From assembly GCF_009914755.1 (NCBI RefSeq), contig NC_060947.1: a stretch of 64,000 bases of DNA; one strand, given 5' to 3'. This DNA comes from the human T2T-CHM13v2.0 reference genome, Homo sapiens. Positions within the stretch are counted from its first letter, which is position 1; each line of letters starts with the position of its first letter. The notes below the pieces were generated by a model. That model searched no databases. It had not been told where the DNA came from and worked only from the letters and a program-made list of their open reading frames with translations. Below are positions 1-14,380 of this stretch, piece by piece. The translations under genes and the position numbers were made by a program.

Positions 1-1460
1 TTCAAGAGAATCTTTTTTTCTTAGTGACTTATAGGGTGAAGGTCATTTTACCTTTTGCTTCCTTAGAATTAGAGTGTCTGGACTCCCAGCGCAGGAAACC
101 ATTTGCATACCCAGTCTTGGACTCAGAATCACAAGATGTAAAAGAGGTGACCACAGAGATAACTGCTAAAAGGAAGCCAGCCCTATTATTTTATCTAAGG
201 AGAAGGTGGCCTAGGCCAAACCCAATTGACATTCTGGAATCCCCTATAGATCAGAAGGACAAAAGCATGTATTTGACTTGGGTGTGGGGAGGTAGAGATT
301 TCTAAGATTCTTAGAAAAACAAGTCCTCTTGTATAGCCTACGACTTTGAGTCAAATTAGGTGAAAGGGTTGATGGTCTGTGGCATCCCCTACAGGCTTTG
401 CATAGCTGATGTGTAGGGGTGTTTTAGTATGTGCATGCACGTATGCATGTGTTAGGTGTCCATGTGTCTCTTTGGGGAGGGGGTGCTGAGAAAGCCAGTG
501 GACTTCTGGAGGAGGCTAGAAATTATGGCATTCTTGGTACTTTCTGAAATTTTTGCCCAGCAGGCAGGGAGATATCTAGGTTCCTAAGTGATGTAGAATG
601 AAGGAGAAATAACAGACAGGATCTGTTTAGTTAAGGCTTTAAAGATGAGGTGAGGTTCAGCAAGGGCTTTGGGAAACACATGGGTTGATGGAGAAAAAAA
701 AAAAGGAGGCTGTATCTTAGATGTAATGAACTGCATAAAGCCTTGAAAGTTAGCGGGGCTGTAAGGTCCATGCTTCCTATGAATGGGATCATGTCACTCA
801 CATCTTAAAGTAGGTATCATAGAAGAATGCTCCAATGATGTTGCAGTTTCATGAAGAAGTTTGGTGTTGGGAGAAGTAGCTGCTATGCTGTATAGTTTCA
901 AAGTCACTGTTCTCATAGAAAACAGGGTGAATTATGACTTCCAGAGTCAGTTAAGGAGATGGCCCCAGTTCTAGATTGAACCTATGCTTTGGCCTTCCTC
1001 TGCTTGTCAGGTTCTCTTATTCATCTAGACCTTGAAGTGAACTTACTGGGGAAGCTGATTTCCTCTGGGACATCCAGAAATGCCTTCCTTGTGCATCTGC
1101 TGGATATGGAGACCAGGATGTTCATCCTGAGTGGGGTCTGACTAAATGTTCTCTCCTGTGTGTTGAGACCCCCAAAACTGCCTTTCTGCAGTTCTACTCT
1201 ATTTAACTTGAATAAATGTGGCCTTCAGATTCTTGGGAAGATAAGAAGCTCTAACTTCCCTTCCCAGTCAAGATTGATGGATAAAAAGGGCCTACACCAG
1301 AGATGTAAGCCTGAACCCACAATCCACATATATTATAATAAATCTAGAAGGAGTGGTCTTATTCAATACTGGAGGAAAGCATTTAGCTCAAGGACAAACA
1401 TTTTTAAAAACCTAGTGTAACATTTTGAGTGAGTAGTTCACACTGAGTTTGATACTATGA

Positions 1461-1755
<295 letters not shown>

Positions 1756-1837
1756 CGTGATTTTTTTAAACTCTGAAAATATTATCTTACAGACTGTTGG
1801 AAAGATTCACTCGATACCTGTAAAATCCAGTATTTTC

Positions 1838-2642
1838 TTTTATTCATTCATTTACCGAATTTGCATTGAGTGCCCATTGTGTGCCAGGTACCATGCCAGA
1901 AGCTGGAAAACTGAGATGATGACATGTTGCCTTATCTTAGGTAGCTTAAGTCCAGAGATATAGACACAAAAACAGAAAAGCCACAGTGAAGTATAATAGA
2001 ACAGTGTTTGGTATTCTCTTTAAGCAGACAAAGAATAGCTATCTGAGGTGTTTAGAAAAGCTTTTTCAAGGAGGTAGTAACTTGAGGCTAGCTCTTGGAG
2101 TATGATTGGAAGTTTTCTTGGTGAAGAAGTGGAAATATAAGCTTTCCTGCAATGTAAACCCACATCAAGTTGTAAATTGGCTTGATGGCTTCTGGGATTC
2201 ATGAGACACAAGAGTCAGCTGTGTTTGGAGAGAAAAAGAAAGATTGGTTGGGAAGACTCGGGGCTTGGTATCACCTCTACATGATGAGGAGTCTTTTAAA
2301 TCATTAAAAGGTAAAGGGCATAAGGTATAATCATGGTAAATAATGTTTCAGAAAGTCCATCTTGACAGGATGATTGGCAGGGGAGTTGGGGGAAGGGAGT
2401 AACATGTTAGGGCTGGTGAGATTCGAGGCAGAAAGATTGAAAAGGCTGTTGAAATATTCCAGGCCAGAAATGCTAGCAATTTGAATTAGGGTCATTTCTG
2501 AGACAGATTTTTAAGTCTGATTCAATGGAAATCAGTGATTAATTAGATGGGCCATTGAAAGGAAGCCCACATAGAGGAATTTAAAATGATGCTGAGATTT
2601 CTAGCTTGGGCAAGCAGTGGATGGTGATACCATTACCCAAGA
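1838..2642 (-). mobile_element. L2 LINE 3' region, degraded
   Basis: ATTCATTCATTT..GAGTGCCCATTGTGTGCCAGGTACCATGC matches the antisense L2 tail. L2-like motifs continue to GATTTCTAGCTTGGGCAAGCAGTGGATGGTGATACCATTACC. Confidence 0.65.
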
Positions 2643-4667
2643 TTCCTTTCTTTGACACTGAGAGCTTCAGAAAGCAGGTAAGTTTTTCCCTTTATCTCTT
2701 TTATTGTCATGCTGTCATGATATAGGCTTTGAATGTCATGATATTTGATTAATGTTTGCACAGTGCTTCTTGTTGTAAAGCTATGTACAAAAAATGATCA
2801 TTTCCTTATGCTTCATTGAAAGATTTATTTCTTACAAATGGCCTTTTTGGTTCACCACTTAAAAATTAATGTCTTACCTCAGAGAGGTTTGATAGTACTT
2901 TAGAGAGCATGGGAAAATATGCTGAATATTTTCTTAGAAATCATAGAAGTGATAAGTTTCTATTAGTAATGCAGTATATTAAATATTAAATTATGTTTTG
3001 TCTTTTGTAGTTTTTGAAGTCAAATGAACACATTACCAGTTGAATTTATCTTGTACTGATAGCTGTGGACTTTTCTATGATACTTCCTGACTTTGTTTCT
3101 TTTAGACTGAAGCTGGCTACACAGGGAACATGTTTACAATGGAGAGTGGGAATGACTTTGCACTCAGTGCTATTCTCTCCCTCAGTCCCTATGATAAAAT
3201 ATTGATGGAGAAATCGCATCCTTTGATTTTGGTGGAGTTGGTGTAGGGTTGTTCTGACTATCTGTATATAAATTGTTACCTCAAAAACTGTTTGACTCAG
3301 CTCCCCTGCCTTTATTTGGTGACCATGGACATTGCCTTTTAGTTAAGATCAGTGAATTTCTGGTGGTAGAAGCAGGAGGAAAGAGTGGAATTGAATGTAC
3401 AATATTTTTGCACTCCATAGTTCCTAGGATTGCAATTATGTTTTTTTCAAATATAGAGAAATTAATCATAATGTATTTACTTGACTTTACTTATGCAGTC
3501 AGTCTCAGTTCTCAACTATTTGAAATACTCTGTAACTCCCATATACTTTTGTATTTTGAAATTGCTGTAAACACAGAGATTTTGAGATCTGAAAGCTTCA
3601 CTTCTTGCAGTGAAGAATATAGAAGCCTGGCAAGAGAAGGCCTCACCAAATGCCTCACCTTGGCTAATTACAGAACTGAGCCTTGAACTCTCTACCCACA
3701 AATCTGGGCATTAAGTGAAAAGAAAAAAAATCAGCATTTTGAAGAACAGCTTATATTCTGTTAATTCACATGAATTGAAAGAGCAGTACTCTGAGAAAAC
3801 GGAATCATTATTTTCTTTGAGTGGGGGACAAGGAGTGTCAGTAAGACTGTAGAGGTGATAGTGGTACTATTTATAAAATTACAGATTCTTGATTCTGAGA
3901 GGGCTCTGCAAAGCCAGCCAGTCCAATTGGCTTAATAGAAACACATTAGTCTGCTTTTAGGCTGCATATTCCTCACTCAGGAATGAGAAAGTCCTGAAAA
4001 GTCACAGGTGAAACCTTCATCTGAGAGAGCTTGCATCAAAAATAATCAAGTGCAGTGTGGAACTTGGCCATTTTCCATAACCCAAAGATACATATAAAAG
4101 TTCCTTAGTTGGTAGGCTCCAGCAAACATATTAGCCATATGAAAAAGCAACATCTAACTTCTATATTTTGACTTATGAAGGAAAAGGCCTCCCTGTCCCA
4201 TAAATATGTACATTTCACCTCCTGTGGGGAAAAGAAAGGAAATTGTAGCTACAGTGTGTTATTGAATCTTCCTGAAATTAGCCTTTAGAGTTTTAGAGTT
4301 TGGTAAGATTGAACGATTGACTGCCAATGCCTTCCACACACAAAAAACAAAAAAGTATTATATGTTTGCATCAACACTCGTTCAATGCTGAAATACAGCT
4401 AGTCAAAACCCATGTTAAAGTTTTTCATATATTACATAACACCGCTGTATAATACATTAAAATACATACTGGATTGGAGATAAATTACTGAAGAAATACC
4501 AGATTTCGTTTGTAGGTTTTAACTGCAACATAATTCATTGTGTGATTTACATAGGTAGACATAAGTACATTTCTTTCCAAACTATATAGCAATATACGTA
4601 TAAAAGCTATAAAGTAAAAAAAGCAAAACCATACTAGATGACTGCTAAGAAAAGATGAATGTTAATT

Positions 4668-4715
4668 TTTTAAATAGCAATCTGATAGTAATTTTAAATA
4701 GCAATCTGATAGTAA
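4668..4715. repeat. Perfect 24-bp tandem duplication
   Basis: TTTTAAATAGCAATCTGATAGTAA occurs twice in direct succession. Confidence 0.95.
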
Positions 4716-5974
4716 ACATGATACAAGAGGAAAGGTTTTACTAATAGACATTTAAAAATTATGTCTTCATAAATCAAGAGGATATATTACTTAGAGCTAG
4801 AAATAACAGTGCCGTGCTTCCTGTTTTGAATAAGCCATTATGCATTTTTGTCTTTGCATCCCTATTTAATTTGTACAGTGTTATTTATTCCAATAATTAG
4901 TGTTAACTTTCTTGGCAGTAGGCGTTATAATTACCTTTAAAATTTAAATGGGATAAAAATGCCTTGAGAACATGGTTTAGGAAAACTCTTAATATTTATT
5001 TTCACTTGTCTCTTTAATTATTCATTTATGTAGTATTTGAAAGAAAATCTTGAGAAATGGAAGGCCACTGACAGAATTACTTCCCAGATGAGCAGACTTG
5101 GTTTTTCAGTTGGTTGGGTGACATTCTGGACTGTTGAGGCATTAGTGATGCCAAATGGAAGCTCTACTACCCATTCAACATTGCCAATCTAAATACATTT
5201 CACTTAGAACAGCACAGGCCACTTTTTCTTATTCTCTTTCTTCTGAAAGTAAGTCATTATTTAAAATAAGCCATTATTCTGAAAATAAGCCATTCACATG
5301 ACTTCTGATTTCAAATATACATATGCAGGTGATTATTTTCCTAAATATATAAATTAATTTGAAACTAGTTTATAATCTTGATAAATGCTGTAACTCTGAA
5401 TAAGCATACTAGTCTCCAAGAAAATCAATGTTTCAAAAGGTGGAAGGGATAAATCTAGCCTGTCCTCAGCCATTAAAAAGTACACAAGCAATGTCAAGGT
5501 AAGGTTGACAGTATTCATTCATTTATTATGTATTGAGCACATCTACATGCATAATATAGTTTTAATCTTTACAGGGGGATCCAAAAACTTTAGAAGAAGA
5601 GATGACTGGATTTTTGCCAATTCCAGTCATAATACCTGGCACAGAATAGGTGCTCATTAAATACATGCTGAATAAGTGAATACATCCCCTGGAGAGCTGA
5701 AGAGTTCATAGCATATCTGAAGCAATTAGACAATAATAATAAGAAAATGTGTATGCAGTTGTGTGATAACAAGTTATAAAATCAGGGTATTGCATGTGCA
5801 GGCCTTTCTTGAAGATGACAGCCCAGAGATTGACCAGAAACAAGTCTGACATTTGAGGAAGTTAGCCTTCTAGGTGAGAGGAATTAGATAATCAAAGATC
5901 AAGAGTAGGAGTAAGCGTGGTTTCGGTAGGTAACAACCAGTCACTAAATTAAAAAAAAAATCAACTTCGTTTGA

Positions 5975-6260
5975 CCTTTATCAAGCACTTATCATATGCA
6001 GAGTATGGTGCTAGGGCTTTGAGAGACACAAAATTGGAAAAGATTGTGTTCTGCCTTCAAGAAACTTACATCTAGCAGGACAATTTTGATATATTCACAA
6101 TAACAGCAAAGCAACAAAATGAAGTAAAAAATCAGGGTTGCAGGAGAGTTCAGAGTACCCTGGGAGCCCAGAGCAGACAGAGGTGCATGCTGGCAGGTGG
6201 ATTTAGGATGGCTCTAGGGAAGTATGGTATTGGCATCTGCACTAAGCCCTACAAGACACT
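5975..6260 (-). mobile_element. L2 fragment
   Basis: TTTATCAAGCACTTATCATATGCAGAGTATGGTGCTAGG..CTGCCTTCAAGAAACTTACATCTAG resembles the antisense L2 3' end. Confidence 0.55.
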
Positions 6261-6271
6261 AGGATGAAATC

Positions 6272-6456
6272 ATGGGCATTCATAAACTTTTGGGGACTTC
6301 ATCCTTTCTGAGAAGCTGGTAAAATCTCTACCCCCATGTCTCAGAAAAATGTGACTTGGAAATACTCAAACCATTTTTCATGCAATTGCTTAGGCTTCCT
6401 GAAGTCAAACTGTGGACCTCCAAGGGAATCCATATACCCAGAGTTGAGACCTTTGC
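6272..6456. mobile_element. Old hAT-Charlie-like MITE (family uncertain)
   Basis: TTCTGAGAAGCTGGTAAAATCTCTACCCCCATGTCTCAGAAAAATGTG resembles recalled Charlie-type MITE cores. Confidence 0.35.
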
Positions 6457-6457
6457 G

Positions 6458-6660
6458 GTAGTGAGAGAAAACTTGCTTTGGAAAGGGATAGAGCCATATT
6501 TAAATTGCAACTGCTACCTTTAGCTTTGTGATTTGGACAAGTTTCTCAAGCCTTCAGAGTCTCAATTTCCTCATCTGTAAAACAAGGATAATAATACTTA
6601 CTTGAGATTATTTTAGCATAGAACAAGTTAACAGAAATCACCGGATCACACCAGGCACCA
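6458..6660 (+). mobile_element. MIR SINE
   Basis: MIR core AGCTTTGTGATTTGGACAAGTTT..GTCTCAATTTCCTCATCTGTAAAACAAGGATAATAATAC. Confidence 0.75.
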
Positions 6661-6946
6661 AACACATTCTACTTTTCACAATACCTTGGGGCTGCTTATG
6701 TTTTATTGAGAGCAGGGGAGTTGGCTGCATAGCTGGGTTATTATCAAGTGCTGTCTTTTTTCTATCCTTTCTCTCCAATTAACAGATTATTTGTATTTTA
6801 GAATAATCCTCAACATGCAAAACTTTATGAGTACACAGGGCGAAATTAACTGAGAAATATCCCACACTGGATTCTTAGGATAAGAACACCAGAAAATGAG
6901 CCTAAATGTTCAGTTGTAATGTTGATGATCACAGTGTGCTAAAAGA

Positions 6947-7152
6947 TGTGTGTGTGTGTGTGTGTGTCAGTGTGTGTGTGTGTGTGTGAGAGAGAGAATG
7001 AAGAAAGGAAAGAAGAAAGAAAGAAAGAAAGAAAGAGAAGAGAAAAAGAAAGAGAAAGAAAGAAAGAGAAAGAAAGAAAGGAAAGAAAGAAAAAGAGAAA
7101 GAAAGAAAGAAAACAAAGAAAGAAGGAAAGAAAGAAAGAAGAAAGAAAGAGG
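6947..7152. repeat. Compound microsatellite: (TG)n followed by a GA/(GAAA)n purine tract
   Basis: Directly visible. Explains the K/E/R-rich and F/L/S-rich ORFs here. Confidence 0.95.
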
Positions 7153-7965
7153 AACGGAATGTTAAAATGGGACTTTAGTAGTGTCTCTGTTTTTATTTTC
7201 CCCACCAGAGGGCTTTGGGCTTTCTTAGGCCTCAGGTATTTCCATCTTCATGTATTTCCCCATGGTTTGTTTTGATTTACTGATGGATGACTCAAGATTT
7301 TGGTAGAAACATGCATACTCACAAAGAAACACACAAACACACACATACACATGCACAAAAGCATGCATAATAACAGAATAAAAGCAGCAGGTGACAAATA
7401 CATACTTTAGCTGTTGTACAAACTTATAATGTAGCTTTACAAACATGATTTTTAGTGAAGAAATAAAAGAAGGGTAGTGATGGGTGGTTAGGTTTAGAAT
7501 CAAAAGTTACTCAGCTGGTTGTTGTACAGGTGGCTCAGTTTGGCTTTGTATACTGTGAACGTTTTGATTGCAGGGCTTAAAAATATGTAATCCTAATTTT
7601 AAGAAAACTAATGGAATAAACACTCATTATGCACACAAAAGCCCTTCCATTCAGCTTTTCATTGCTTTGCAGTTATTTTCTCCAAAATAAAATGAGTAAT
7701 TATTTGGAAGTACTTTCAGCACATGCACCATGTGGGCTAAGCTTGTTCCCGACATCTACAATCCTTTGAATGGAAGTGCCAAAGGCCTCCTGCCACCATG
7801 GGCCACAGCCAAGTGTCATGTGAACCTGAGTCTCACAGGTTACATGGGAAATAAAGGACAGCCAGACCAGCCCGCTTCTGGGAAAGATGCAAAATGCAGG
7901 AACTAGAGAACAGCGATGAGGTGTTTTTGGAGACTAGGCACCAAGTACGTATATCTTATGTTTAA

Positions 7966-8024
7966 GGATGGGTGGACAGGTGGATGGATGGATGGATGGA
8001 TGGATGGATGGATGGATGGATGGA
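7966..8024. repeat. (GGAT)n tetranucleotide microsatellite
   Basis: About 11 perfect TGGA units at 7981-8024, with a degenerate start. Confidence 0.95.
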
Positions 8025-11000
8025 CATTTCAAGCAAGCCTAAGGACATAGTAAGTTTAGGATCTACATAATGGCTCACCAGGGCATGCTAATTTACTTAC
8101 ATAAAAAAGAAATCTTTTTCAAAACATTATACTTGTGATTTGGTTTACCAATAGTTAACATTCTATATTTTTTAGCAAAAACATATTAAAAATGTTCCTA
8201 ACTTGTATTGTTTGGATGTGTTTTTTTTCTTGTACTGAGAAATTCCAAAAACTTTACTTGGATAGATAAATACCTAAACCTCATGTCTTTGGTAGAGTAT
8301 ATCAGGGAATTGTGGTGCTCAGGAAATGGCAGATACTATTCTCATTATTATTATTGTTAGAAGGACAAATAGTTCTAGAGTATCAGGAAATGAGAGTGGA
8401 TATAGCGTGGTAACACTCTTGTCTGAGGTGACCTGAGTAGAGAGATCAACAGAGGACTTTGCCATCATCTAGCTGATGAGTTGTGTGGTCTTGGATTTTC
8501 TTGTGTTGGTTACACATACACTGAGCAGGTTGCGTCTACCCTCTGAGCTGACTTTCTCAGCTGTATCAGAGGGAGAAGTAATCTTTGCTTTTTACTTTCT
8601 TTAAAAGGCTGTGTGACTATGTCCTGAGGTTGTGGATTGTGAGTGCTGTGTAAACTGTGAAGTGTTTCGTGCTTGCAAGATGAGGGCTTCATACATCTTC
8701 AGTAGAGCTCCCCAGATGCTTTTATCTGTGCAATTAAAATTACATATGTGTTCTTTTCAATTTCTATGGTTGCAAAAATGAATGTATCAGTCTACGTAGT
8801 ACTCAATGACAGAATGGATTTACTTTTAAAATACCATGTTTTGAGCTCTAGCTTTGCATATTTATGAACTTCTGGAGTTGTCCATGTGGATGTTTCCTAT
8901 GCTACCCTGCTTTCTTGCGAATGAAGAGGTCTGAAATGCTTCTGGAGTACTTCTATGTCAGTTTTGCTTATATGCATTTAACATGTTGGTCTTACAGGGG
9001 AGACATGTCTTTTTTAAGTATAAAGTACATATTTCTGGCCTTTTTCTTCCTTCTCTATTGATAAGTTGTAACTGCAGTTTTTGTTTGTAGGCTTTCCAAG
9101 CCTGGTGATTTTTCATCTGATTCAACCTTTCTCTTGACAAAACACCAGCCTCAAATGCTTTGCCCATTCCTGGTCAAGGCTTAGACTTGCACCCTTCCCT
9201 AGTGGCAAGAGACTTTCAGTTGGCTTGTTGCCTCTCGGAAGACTACTTTCATTGCATCGCTGACTTTTTTTTGGCTTTGGAGGCTTGGGGAACTATTTAG
9301 AGCATTTATTTATATGAGGCAACATTGCCCAACAGAAAGTTACTTTCTGTGGACTTTCCATCATTAAGATGAATTTGTGCCTGGTATACATTAATTTCAC
9401 CCATACTTAATATCTCAGAAGTTACCCTGTGAGACACCCTGTGCAAACATTTTAAATGAATTAGATCTATGTACAATCTAGGTCTGAAAGGCATTAAAAG
9501 TTTTTAAAGTGTCGTCATTAGAGAAGAAGCTATGGAGGCTACTTTTAATAAGAGTTATGACAAAAGACATGTCTCTGACATAAGACCAACATGTTAAATG
9601 CACAGAAGCAAAATTAAGAATAGATTATTATTGTCATAAACTAATTAATGCATATTATTGGCCCTTACTAATCAGAGGCTTTCAAATTAGAAATAGTTAG
9701 CTCTGAGATTTCTGACATTTTTGAATTTAGCAATGTCCAGCAGTGATAATTTTGAAGGAAGCTATTGGTTGGCCTTTAAGTTTGTACCTTCAGCTTCAAA
9801 TTCAGCAAGTTCATGCAATATTATATGGGAGCCTCGGTAGATTTTACTGAAAATGTGATACATTTCTTCAAAAAAGTTTTAAAAGGCAGTATTTCAAGTT
9901 TGATTGATAAAGGAAGTATCCATAAGTTAATGAGGCAGTCCCAATTTCTAACCTGGGCCCTTTCTTATAAGCACAAGTTTCTGTAACTGCTCAAAATAGC
10001 ACTTAGGCACTTAGAACAAATATATACCTGGCCCACCTACACACCTATTTGATTTTCTAAATGTTGGAGCTAAGCTCCTAAGATTGCAAATGAACCTCAA
10101 TAAGCAAGTATCAATGTGAAGAATAAGCACCCCAGTAGCTAAATTGAGAAGTGCAATTGTAATTATTTGGTGAAATAGAAATCAGGTCATTGCAGCTGCA
10201 CATTGTCGTAGAATAAGCTCAAAAGGAAAATGTCTTCATTTTGACTAACATTGCCATATTTTAACTTTGGGATTGTTATAACTTGTTTTTTCACAGGTAT
10301 TATCTGTATTATGTATGTTTAGGAATCAAAGCAGTTCTTACATTTCAACAGCTAGGTAAAAATAAATGTGTGTAATTGTTGAAAAGTATTTTTAGTGTTT
10401 AAGGAGAAAGCAATGCTTTTTGATCTAAGTAGCATAACTCAGGCTGGATTCCGCAGTAGACATCCCTGACTATAGACATTTCTGTAGGCAATTAAGTGCA
10501 AATTAAGCATGCTAAGACCCAAATTAGAGTCAAATCTGATGTGAGCCAATTTACTCTGAACCACAGTCCTGGAGTGAGAAGTGATCTGCTAGGTTGCTGC
10601 TTAGCTCAGATCTTGGTGCTACCTCCACTGGGACAGGAGGAAAAGGGGAGATGGAAGGAAGAACAATGACCAGTGGCTTAAAGTAATTTAATAATTAACT
10701 TTCCACATTGGTTAATTTGTGCATTATTTACACAAAACCAGAAACATTTTTAACCCAGTGAATTATCCCTGCCCATAGCAGGAATTATTGGAGAATGCCA
10801 CAGGAATATACAGGGCTATTGAAAGCATCTGCTTAGAGCCTTTAAAGCTTGAACCATGATAGCAGAAATGGTGACTTTATTTTTATAAAAACTTGAATTT
10901 TTGTTTTTTAAAATATTCTATTAAGCATTCAGTATTATCATTAACTAAATGACATTCCCAAATTCTAGAATGGGAGAGTAATTTCTCAGTGGAGAAATAG

Positions 11001-11273
11001 CTATTCTTATACATAATAAACAACAATGATTCTGGTGAAATACTATTGTAGATAGGAACCATTTAGGAGCCAATGTTCATGTATATGTAATAGTTTCAGA
11101 ATCTAATGTTCAGAATTTCCAAATATCTCCCGTTTTCTGCATAGCTACCTCCCAGACCCGTATCAAAATATCACTTAATCTTCATTTTTTTTAAAATTAC
11201 CGGTCTATTTATCTCTTTTGTAAATTTTCAGGGCTTTGACATAGAATGTGTCCAGGTGAAAATATATTACATT

Positions 11274-11382
11274 GTCTCTCTCTTTCTCTCTGTCTCAATC
11301 TCTTTCTTTCTTTCTCTCTCTCTCTCTATCTCTCTCTCACACACACAGACACACACACACACATACATACATATACACACAC
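11274..11382. repeat. Compound (TC)n-(CA)n microsatellite
   Basis: Directly visible, imperfect. Confidence 0.9.
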
Positions 11383-11859
11383 TCCTATCTGTAACCATTT
11401 TTCTTCTTTCTTTTCTTCTCAGGAGATTTTAAGCAAAAACAGCTATGAATTTTTCTATTTAACAAATACCAACATGGAATTCAGTAGTATATTAACAGTG
11501 GAAATTTTGAAGTCTGTATTTTTTTTAGCAAAGCCTAAGTGAATCTGTGAGAACTAATAAACATGATAACAAAATGTTGCATCTCATTAATTGTTTTTAT
11601 TCTGACAAATTCCTGATGATTTCATATATATTTGAGACAATCCAGAAATCGAGCAATGGGGTGAAACCATTGATCTTATTTTACATATGCTGAATGAAAG
11701 GCCCAGGAAGAGAGAGATGCCGTAATTGACAACAGTTCTTCTGACTCTCACATAAATGTATGCAGCAGCAGTGCCCTTGTCTTTTGTTCTTCCTTCATTT
11801 AGACTGAGTCAATCCATCAGCACACATTGATTGAGCACCTACTCTGTGCTAGATAGTGA

Positions 11860-11930
11860 TAGGGTGACTGTATGAGTTATTGTTCTGAGCAGGACAGTTT
11901 TGAAAGTGAAAAGGGGCATAAACTAGTGAA
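11860..11930 (+). mobile_element. MER94-like hAT-Blackjack fragment
   Basis: AGGGTGACTGTATGAGTTAT..AGGACAGTTTTGAAAGTGAAAAGGGGC resembles the recalled MER94 5' end. Confidence 0.45.
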
Positions 11931-13315
11931 ACAGATGCCCGACTCCAGCTGAGGGACCTTTGACAAGTGACTTCGCCTCTTTCAGTCAATTTCCTCAACT
12001 GGGAATGATGATAATATATGTATCAAGTGGCATGTGTATAGTGCCTACCAGTACCTGCTACACACAGTAGGCCCTCCAGAAGGTTTTGATTTCTTCCTCT
12101 TTCCTGGAAGCATTCCTACTTCTGGAATCCTGGGTGTTTTTGTCCAATACTTAATGGCATTTACTGAATGCTGCCTCCTATTGGGGTCCTTTGGGTGCAT
12201 GCCTGTATTCTGTTAGTGCTGTTTAGACCAGAATTTCTTGGAGAGCTGGGTCTATGTCTTTTTATCTTTGCATTTACTTTGATGCTGCTAGTTAATTAAT
12301 TAATTCACTAGCTATTTATTGAATACTCTCATTTAGCAAATAATATATATATTTAAGATGAGTACAGAAAGATAGGCAAGTAAAACAAACCTGTGTCAAA
12401 TGAAAAAATAAGAACCTGTGGAGCTTAAAGGATTGATATAGTCTCTATAGATACTTTAACGCTTAAGCAGTGGCTTGTGACTCTAGGGGAATTTTCCTGA
12501 CTACATTCAGATGTGCAAAGCATCAGTTTTGTTGTCATATATGTTGGCATTTTCATTGGAACAAGAAGATAATAAATACAAATAACCATCTCTATATCAT
12601 AGGGTTTCCTTTTTTAAAAACAACAAATTATCAGGTTTCATTTTCAACTATTAAAACAATCTTGCCAAGAACTTATTTTTAAACCTGTAATTTTGTCAAT
12701 TTTGAGATTTATTTCAATTTTTTTAGATGTCCAAAAAATAATTTATGCAGATTACAAAATCTAGTTTTCACATGAAGGTATCCTTGTTTCTTTATTTTTA
12801 ATTCAAATCAATTAGGTACATATCAATGTGTTGATTTGGTAGCAGAAAATATAATATGTAATACCTTTCATACTAGAAAAAATGTTGAAGGGCATATTTT
12901 CAAATGTCATTTAGCTGATGAGATTTAGAGTTTTCTACATATTTACTTCTTAAGATGATATTGGTACTTAAGTAAGAGCTCATTATTTTAAAGCCTTTGA
13001 TTTCCCTTCTGCTTGATCCTTCTGTGAAACCAGAAGCTTGTGTCTTTAGCTTCCTAGTCTCTTTTTATGCAATGTGGATTTTTTTTTGGTATGTGTAGTA
13101 CAACCAAGGATGTCAGGAGGTGTGTCGCTTTGTTTAATACACATTGATGTTTAAACATTTAAATATTGCTAAAGAAAACCAGCTGGCAAATAATTTAGAC
13201 GTATGTATGGTAAGTCATTCCTTTTTCCTCTTTCTCCGCTTATCCCCATCTCTTTCCCTTCTTTCTGTATTTGATAGCTACTATGCACTAGACATCAGAT
13301 ATGTATATGCAGCTG

Positions 13316-14029
13316 CCTTGTACACATCTCTATTTGGATGTTCCCATTGGGACCTCATATTCATAATAATTAACACTGAACAGCTGATGGCGCTACTATC
13401 TATGCCAGAAGCCTGGAATCACCTACAATCTCTCCCCCTCCCTCATGTTCTATAGCCTATCAATCACCGAATCCTACCTTCCTCATTTACTTTGAAACTG
13501 TAGTTCCAACACTTTGGCCATCACCTTACAACAGGTAAGCATCATGACTCAGCTGATTTCTGCTGCTGGTTTTCTTACCTCTGGCCCCACACTGCTGAAC
13601 CCCTGCCTTTTCCACGTTGCAGCCAGACTGATCTCTTAGTGCCACCCATTGCCTAAAGAAAGAAGTCAAACCTCTGGAGATCCCCTTGTGACCTGGCCCT
13701 TGCTGCCCTTGCCAGCTTCTTCTAACTTACTGCCTTCCAGCTATATGAAGTGTGCCATCATACTTTTACCAGCTAATCTCAGTTTACTCTTGATATCCTT
13801 TGGGAAGACTTCTCAAAGCAGGTATTCCTCTTTTCTGTTCCTGCAGTTTTTGTAGTCCTTACGCCACTGAAACTCGTCTCACATTCTATTTTGATTGCCT
13901 GTTTACATATGTTACTCTCCCAATAGCCTGGAAACTCCTTGAGGGCAAGGAGTATAGTGAAATTAATTTATCATTCTATCCCTTGTACCTGGCACAGAAC
14001 GTAGCACTTAAGTAGGGGCCTAATAAATA
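13316..14029 (+). mobile_element. L2 LINE 3' region
   Basis: Ends GGAAACTCCTTGAGGGCAAGGA..GTACCTGGCACAGAACGTAGCACTTAAGTAGGGGCCTAATAAATA, the L2 3' end. Confidence 0.7.
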
Positions 14030-14358
14030 TAGTCATGAATCACTTAACAACAGGGATGCGTTCTGAGAAGTGCATCATTAGACAATTTATCATTTTGTGA
14101 AATATGATGGAGTGCACTTACACAAACCTAGATGGCATAGCATACCACACACCTAGGTTGTATGGCATCCTATTGCTCCTAGTCTACAAACCTGTATGGC
14201 AAGCGACTATACTAAATACTATAGGCAACTGTAACACAATGGTAAGTATTTGTGTATCTAAACATATCTAAACATTGAAAAGGTACAGTAAAAATACATT
14301 ATTATAATCTTATGAGGCCACCATGACATATGTGGTTGGTTGTTGACTGAAATGACTG
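14030..14358 (-). mobile_element. Tigger3a (MER7-type) TcMar DNA transposon MITE
   Basis: Terminal AGTCATG...ATGACTG with TA flanks. Internal CACAAACCTAGATGG, GTAACACAATGGTAAGTATTTGTGTATCTAAACATATCTAAACAT and TATTATAATCTTATG. Confidence 0.88.
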
Positions 14359-14380
14359 TACTTGCTATAGTGTTCCTTGT

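Noticed and set aside
3273-3686. 137-aa ORF in non-repeat DNA
   Set aside because: It has a TTG start, no recognisable domain and no supporting splice structure. The length is compatible with chance.
6939-7275. K/E/R-rich and F/L/S-rich ORFs
   Set aside because: They are translations of the TG/GAAA microsatellite.
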